From a virus: 64,000 nt of DNA. Positions 60,331 to 64,000 of the stretch are shown here, in pieces. Within the stretch, counting starts at the first letter, position 1; the number at the start of each line of letters is the position of its first letter. The translations under genes and the position numbers were made by a program. The DNA lies in IMG/VR virus record IMGVR_UViG_3300045988_174823. One strand, 5' to 3'. The notes under the pieces are model-generated. The model was given only the letters and a program-made list of their open reading frames with translations. It was not told the origin of the DNA and made no database searches.

Positions 60331-60999
60331 TTATTTGGCGCACTTGAACTCGAAGAACTCGTTCCCGCGACGGCGAGATCTTTTCTCGGTGGCGGATGAC
60401 ATATCACCTGTAGCGCGTAACCGTCGTACACAGTAGCGAAAATACTCGGCCGTGGCTTCCACGTCGTTCATCGCGCCGTGGGCATCGGTAAGTACAATTC
60501 CTGCACGATCACACGTAGCGCCAAGAGTCATTTTCTCATCACCCGTCAGCCCGTACATCATCTTGGAAAGATACATCGTATCCAGCGTCTGATCCTGGAT
60601 GTAGTTGAACAGGCTCTGCTTTTTACCGTGTACGGAATAGTAGAACGCTGCTTCCAACATCCCTACATCGAACATCACGTTGTGACCCACGGCTACCAAC
60701 CGCCGTTGGTCCTTACCCTTGACGTCAGCAAAATTCTGGACACAAAACCGCATAAACGCGTCAATAAACGCATTCAGTTCCATACCGCGGTTCACCTCCG
60801 CCATATTTACCATCGTCTTTGCGATGGATTCCTTCGTTATTTGGAGATCGTTGTAGGGCTTCACGTAAGTCTCCCAGCGATCTATCTCTTTCAGGGTGTT
60901 AAAGTCTAACACAACGGCTGCAAATGACGTTATGGGATTTTTTGCGGGATCTAAGCCTCCCGTTTCGGTATCCATTACAAGGTACGGCGAACGTTTCAT
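60331..60999 (-). CDS. DnaQ-like DEDDh 3'-5' exonuclease
   Basis: ExoI 'VMDTETGGL', ExoII 'VGHNVMFDVGML', ExoIII 'HGAMNDVEATAEY'. Confidence 0.8.
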   Translation of the reverse strand: MKRSPYLVMDTETGGLDPAKNPITSFAAVVLDFNTLKEIDRWETYVKPYNDLQITKESIAKTMVNMAEVNRGMELNAFIDAFMRFCVQNFADVKGKDQRRLVAVGHNVMFDVGMLEAAFYYSVHGKKQSLFNYIQDQTLDTMYLSKMMYGLTGDEKMTLGATCDRAGIVLTDAHGAMNDVEATAEYFRYCVRRLRATGDMSSATEKRSRRRGNEFFEFKCAK

Positions 61000-61028
61000 A
61001 TCATTTCATTTTTCGTAAGTAACGCTGT

Positions 61029-61067
61029 AAAAAAACCGCCTCGCTGTATCACTACTGTGGGGCGGTT
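61029..61067 (-). terminator. stem-loop plus T7 run closing the tRNA/ncRNA unit
   Basis: Minus strand AACCGCC, 20-nt loop, GGCGGTT, then TTTTTTT. The loop is long, so strength is uncertain. Confidence 0.4.
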
Positions 61068-61288
61068 GGGGATGGATTAAACCTTTGATTGATGGAAGTA
61101 TGTTAAATACTTTATGGTCGGGGCGATATTTCACGCCCCGTGTTCGTCGGTTGTCGTTCCTATTGGTGCTCCCCTGTGCCGGCCGGGCGAACTGCCACAA
61201 CGATGACGAACGAAATTTCTTAAAAAGCCCCTCACCCATGGACTTTCGGGCCGCGTCTGCCGCACGCGGTTTTAATTGGGGCTTCTTG

Positions 61289-61359
61289 TTGACCCGGAAG
61301 GATTCGAACCTCCAACACCGGAACCAAAATCCGATGTGTTACCATTACACCACAGGTCA
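61289..61359 (-). tRNA. tRNA-Gln (anticodon UUG), no encoded CCA
   Basis: Hand-folded cloverleaf of 71 nt. Acceptor TGACCTG/CGGGTCA, D arm GTGT-AATGGTA-ACAC, anticodon arm TCGGA-TTTTGGT-TCCGG, variable TGTT, T arm GGAGG-TTCGAAT-CCTTC, discriminator A. Confidence 0.85.
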
Positions 61360-61742
61360 GTTAAGGGGCGCGACGCATCGCTTATACTCTTCCCCCCTTG
61401 TAGAGTCTGTCTCCTCCGCTCCGGCGCTCGCTATGGAGGAAGTCTGCGTTGCTGCCTTGGAGACAATTTTGTTACTGGTGTCAGGACTTATACGTTCCGA
61501 GACCTGACTTAACCCCACCAGCCTTGAGGTATTGGTGCCAGCCGACTGGGCGTCGGGACGGACACTGTGTAGAGTAATTCGTGGCCACTCTTTGACTCAA
61601 CAGCACCCTTTTCTGGCCAAAAGTAGAGGAAATACCGCGGTTGGAAAAGAAACTACACTCGTTGAAAACCTAACTCTTCATTGCTTGGCGTTAAGCGGCG
61701 TTTCCTCGTTTCAGATACTATAACGTTGAAGCGAAAGTAACT
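61360..61742 (-). ncRNA. candidate structured non-coding RNA of unknown class, co-oriented with and abutting tRNA-Gln
   Basis: About 380 nt with no minus-strand ORF. Nested helices on the minus strand: GAGGAAA/TTTCCTC, TGGCCA/TGGCCA, CCGAC/GTCGG, CTGGTG..GTCAGG/CCTGAC-CACCAG, TGTCTCC/GGAGACA enclosing TCCTCC/GGAGGA, and AAGGGG/CCCCTT enclosing GCGA/TCGC. Confidence 0.35.
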
Positions 61743-61776
61743 AAAAATCCGCCAGGGGCAACCACATCCCTGGCGG
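61743..61776 (-). terminator. rho-independent terminator after the HU-like gene
   Basis: CCGCCAGGG/CCCTGGCGG, a 9-bp stem with a 10-nt loop, followed on the minus strand by ATTTTT. It lies 35 nt after the stop at 61811. Confidence 0.75.
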
Positions 61777-61810
61777 ACGTACGAAAGCGAACTGTGCTAC
61801 CAGTTACGGG

Positions 61811-62098
61811 CTATTTCTTAGCCTTTTTGCCGTAGGCGCGGAAACTGTACGCCGGACGGAACTGGATAGTCTTGTAGGGGTCAGTGGGGGCCGTAACACC
61901 CGTCTGCGGGTTACGTGCCATACGCGACGGTTGGTCCTTGGGGACGAACTTTCCCACCTTACCGATAGGGATGATTTCGTCCTTGTCGCGAACCTCCTCG
62001 GTGAGAATCTCTTCCAAAGCACGGACGAAAGCAATCGCCTGGGCCTTGGTAGTGCCGGCCTTGGCGGCCAAAGCACCGTAAAAATCTTGCACTTTCAT
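61811..62098 (-). CDS. HU/IHF-family DNA-binding protein
   Basis: Start set at the ATG at 62098 ('MKVQDFYGALAAKAG'), because the track extension overlaps the upstream gene. 'IPIGKVGKFVPKDQPSRMARNPQTGVTAPTDPYKTIQFRP' matches the HU beta-arm signature (R-N-P-x-T-G). Confidence 0.8.
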   Translation of the reverse strand: MKVQDFYGALAAKAGTTKAQAIAFVRALEEILTEEVRDKDEIIPIGKVGKFVPKDQPSRMARNPQTGVTAPTDPYKTIQFRPAYSFRAYGKKAKK

Positions 62099-62136
62099 TG
62101 TACGATAATTTTGATTGTTGATAAATATGGGGTTTG

Positions 62137-62616
62137 TTAAACCTTTGTCGAAGCGATGGTAATTCCTAATTCTACCAGCTGTGAACGTAACGAATTCCAA
62201 GCAGCGTCGCGGGCTTCGGGGTTTATCCACCATTCGGAGAAATTATCACCTTCCGCAGCCATAGTGTCGTGGTTAAGGACGATGCCGTATTCGAAGCGTT
62301 GTTGTGAGTCGTTATATCGATCTACGCGGACTATCGACCGGATGGCGTACCACGGGACCACGACATCGCCCAACTCAATAAACACGCCATTCAAGCGTTT
62401 TTTATTCGTCGCTTCGTCAGCGTGACCCAGGAAGTCGGTTAACGACATATCGTAATCTGGACCATCGTCGGCGTTGCGTTCGGCGTCATACGGCCGTGCC
62501 TTTACCGTCGCGGGCTTATCACCAAATAGCGGCAGGCCATTGGCGCCGCGAGGTATCTTATGAGCCTTTTCAGGCGGCTGTTTTTCGTCAATTTTCGACG
62601 TGCGGACCTTTACCAT
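62137..62616 (-). CDS. hypothetical protein
   Basis: 159-aa ORF. Confidence 0.5.
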   Translation of the reverse strand: MVKVRTSKIDEKQPPEKAHKIPRGANGLPLFGDKPATVKARPYDAERNADDGPDYDMSLTDFLGHADEATNKKRLNGVFIELGDVVVPWYAIRSIVRVDRYNDSQQRFEYGIVLNHDTMAAEGDNFSEWWINPEARDAAWNSLRSQLVELGITIASTKV

Positions 62617-63526
62617 CTTGTTTCATCATTCTGACGTATCCGGCCTTCACCAACTTACGCATGGCGTTACGGGGGTTGAGGGCCTGTAAGTAAACGCAAT
62701 CGGGGTTGTATTGAACCTTAACAGCACGACGCGCAGTCGGTTTCCCGGTGGCGACATCTAACTCCAGTGTTGTTGTGGTGTCAATCTCCCTACATTCTCC
62801 GGTCTTATAGTTGAACTCGAATGATCTCATTCCCGGAAGCAGCGTGGATGAACCCAAATAGCGTTGTTCCTGCTTTTGGCGTTCTAACTGCTCGGTACGT
62901 GTAGGTTCGGCATCCTGCTGATCGAAACGTCCGGTGTGGAAGAATTCACTCATCTTGAAAATGTTTAATCCTCGTTCTATGCCTGCCAACATTTCGCTGG
63001 TAAAGGCGTGAATAATATCAAGTCGGGTGTTACAGCGCCAATACGGAACCGCTCCTCCTACGTCAGGCCCGGTGAGGCGATACTGCATAAGCGAAAATTC
63101 CAACGCGTAATCAGCCTCCGGGGAGTTGTAATTACCCGGCAGCCGTACTTGAACCTGAAGCAGGTGGGCATATTGGCCACAGAATATCTCATCACGACGC
63201 TGAGCGGGTTCCAAACGAATACGATAGGCGTCCATCGTAAGTTGGAATTCGCGAATGTAGGTAAAATTGACGAGATTCACCGTTTTCGTCAAAACGTGAT
63301 GCGTGTTGTCTTCCCAATTGGCGTGAATTACTTCGGCGTGATTTGGCAGGTGGAGTATTACCGCAGCCCAAATTTCTTGAGGGATGATGGACGATTTGCG
63401 TTCAGGACGCTGGCGAAATGCCTCAGGCCATGTAGCTTCGAATTCGTCCGCGACCGCCTCTTGCACCAAGGCGGTGATTTCTTCGGCGTAGAGCCAATTG
63501 ATTATCCAACGAATCAGGCGTTTCAT
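62588..63526 (-). CDS. hypothetical protein
   Basis: 312-aa ORF. Confidence 0.5.
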   Translation of the reverse strand: MKRLIRWIINWLYAEEITALVQEAVADEFEATWPEAFRQRPERKSSIIPQEIWAAVILHLPNHAEVIHANWEDNTHHVLTKTVNLVNFTYIREFQLTMDAYRIRLEPAQRRDEIFCGQYAHLLQVQVRLPGNYNSPEADYALEFSLMQYRLTGPDVGGAVPYWRCNTRLDIIHAFTSEMLAGIERGLNIFKMSEFFHTGRFDQQDAEPTRTEQLERQKQEQRYLGSSTLLPGMRSFEFNYKTGECREIDTTTTLELDVATGKPTARRAVKVQYNPDCVYLQALNPRNAMRKLVKAGYVRMMKQDGKGPHVEN

Positions 63527-63539
63527 CGTGTTAAGGATT

Positions 63540-63803
63540 TTACCACTGGACCATCATCCGGAAATAGGCGAAATATTTCCTTGTGCGGTTCAGGCCCACA
63601 GTTTCGGTTTTGTAAACTTCATCTATCGTTACTTCGTAACCTTGTTTCTTCAAACGCTGAGCAACGTATTTCAACCTGTTGCCGTTGGCGTCTTCGTTGA
63701 AGAATTCGCGTTTCCCCCTGGCGATAGCGCGTTGGATTCCAAACTCTACGTCAGCCAATGCCAATTCGTAAATCCAATTCCCCAGCCAAAAGATCTTCGG
63801 CAA
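63540..63803 (-). CDS. hypothetical protein
   Basis: 87-aa ORF. Confidence 0.4.
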   Translation of the reverse strand: MPKIFWLGNWIYELALADVEFGIQRAIARGKREFFNEDANGNRLKYVAQRLKKQGYEVTIDEVYKTETVGLNRTRKYFAYFRMMVQW

Positions 63804-63954
63804 TTTCGTAATTCAGGTGGCGCTGGGCCAAGGTGGTAAGTTTACGAGCCTGGGCGGCGGTGAGTATGGGACGGAATTGCTTGTTATCGAGTTGTACGCT
63901 GGGTGTTTGCTGTTGGCGTTCCATTTCGTGATTTTTGAGGTTTTCAACACTCAT
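63751..63954 (-). CDS. hypothetical protein
   Basis: 67-aa ORF that overlaps the next ORF by 53 nt. Confidence 0.35.
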   Translation of the reverse strand: MSVENLKNHEMERQQQTPSVQLDNKQFRPILTAAQARKLTTLAQRHLNYEIAEDLLAGELDLRIGIG

Positions 63955-64000
63955 AACGTTGGCGATGTCTTACGCTGGTGTGTACGCGTGTGTACGCTGG

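Noticed and set aside
61251-61283. Plus-strand terminator-like hairpin CCGCGT/ACGCGG followed by TTTT
   Set aside because: No plus-strand gene lies upstream. It more likely forms part of the minus-strand 3' trailer of the tRNA, nested inside the longer AAGCCCC/GGGGCTT helix.
60074-61359. TAG-to-Gln stop-codon recoding, with the nearby tRNA-Gln acting as suppressor
   Set aside because: The tRNA anticodon is UUG, not CUA. TAG is used as a genuine stop elsewhere, for example at 5962-5964, followed 4 nt later by the next start. No large structural gene is interrupted by an in-frame TAG.
61006-61512. ORFs 61006-61239(-), 61085-61507(+) and 61276-61512(+) from the ORF track
   Set aside because: They lie in the tRNA/ncRNA region and overlap the tRNA-Gln gene and strong RNA hairpins. 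Their compositions are not protein-like.
1-64000. CRISPR arrays, rRNA genes, integrase/attachment sites, transposases
   Set aside because: I found no spaced direct-repeat arrays, no rRNA-like sequence, and no recombinase or transposase motifs in any frame I read.

Overview
This 64-kb window looks like one contiguous segment of a large contractile-tailed dsDNA phage. Almost every gene is on the minus strand and tightly packed.

**Gene order, high to low coordinates:**
- small early-type genes
- an HU-like DNA-binding protein
- a structured non-coding region followed by tRNA-Gln(UUG)
- a DEDDh exonuclease
- a large terminase interrupted by a LAGLIDADG intein
- a DNA-metabolism and modification block: GT-A-like glycosyltransferase, dUTPase, ferritin-like protein, FEN exonuclease and an aGPT-Pplase / 5-hmdU-kinase-helical-domain-like protein
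- portal, a fibre-like protein and a lysis-like trio
- several large putative virion-internal enzymes
- a Mu-F/SPP1-gp7-like head protein interrupted by a second intein with a Vsr/DUF559-type nuclease
- a radical-SAM/SPASM + PIG-L-like + glycosyltransferase trio
- a fibre gene, then prohead protease-scaffold and major capsid protein
- neck genes, sheath, tube, chaperones and tape measure
- a baseplate block with an M23 peptidase and a baseplate-J protein, distal fibre / Ig-like proteins, and a partial SF2 helicase

**Host.** No Shine-Dalgarno sequences are visible, TAnnTTTG-like boxes are present, and some domains look BACON-like. This suggests a Bacteroidota host, but that is inference.

**Strongest sequence-level finding.** A DNA-inversion switch lies at 29701-30698. 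Two 104-bp inverted repeats match at 103 of 104 positions. They flank two convergent, diverged alternative C-terminal cassettes of the fibre gene. No recombinase is recognisable anywhere in the window.

**Limits.** All domain calls come from motif recognition by eye. No database search was run.
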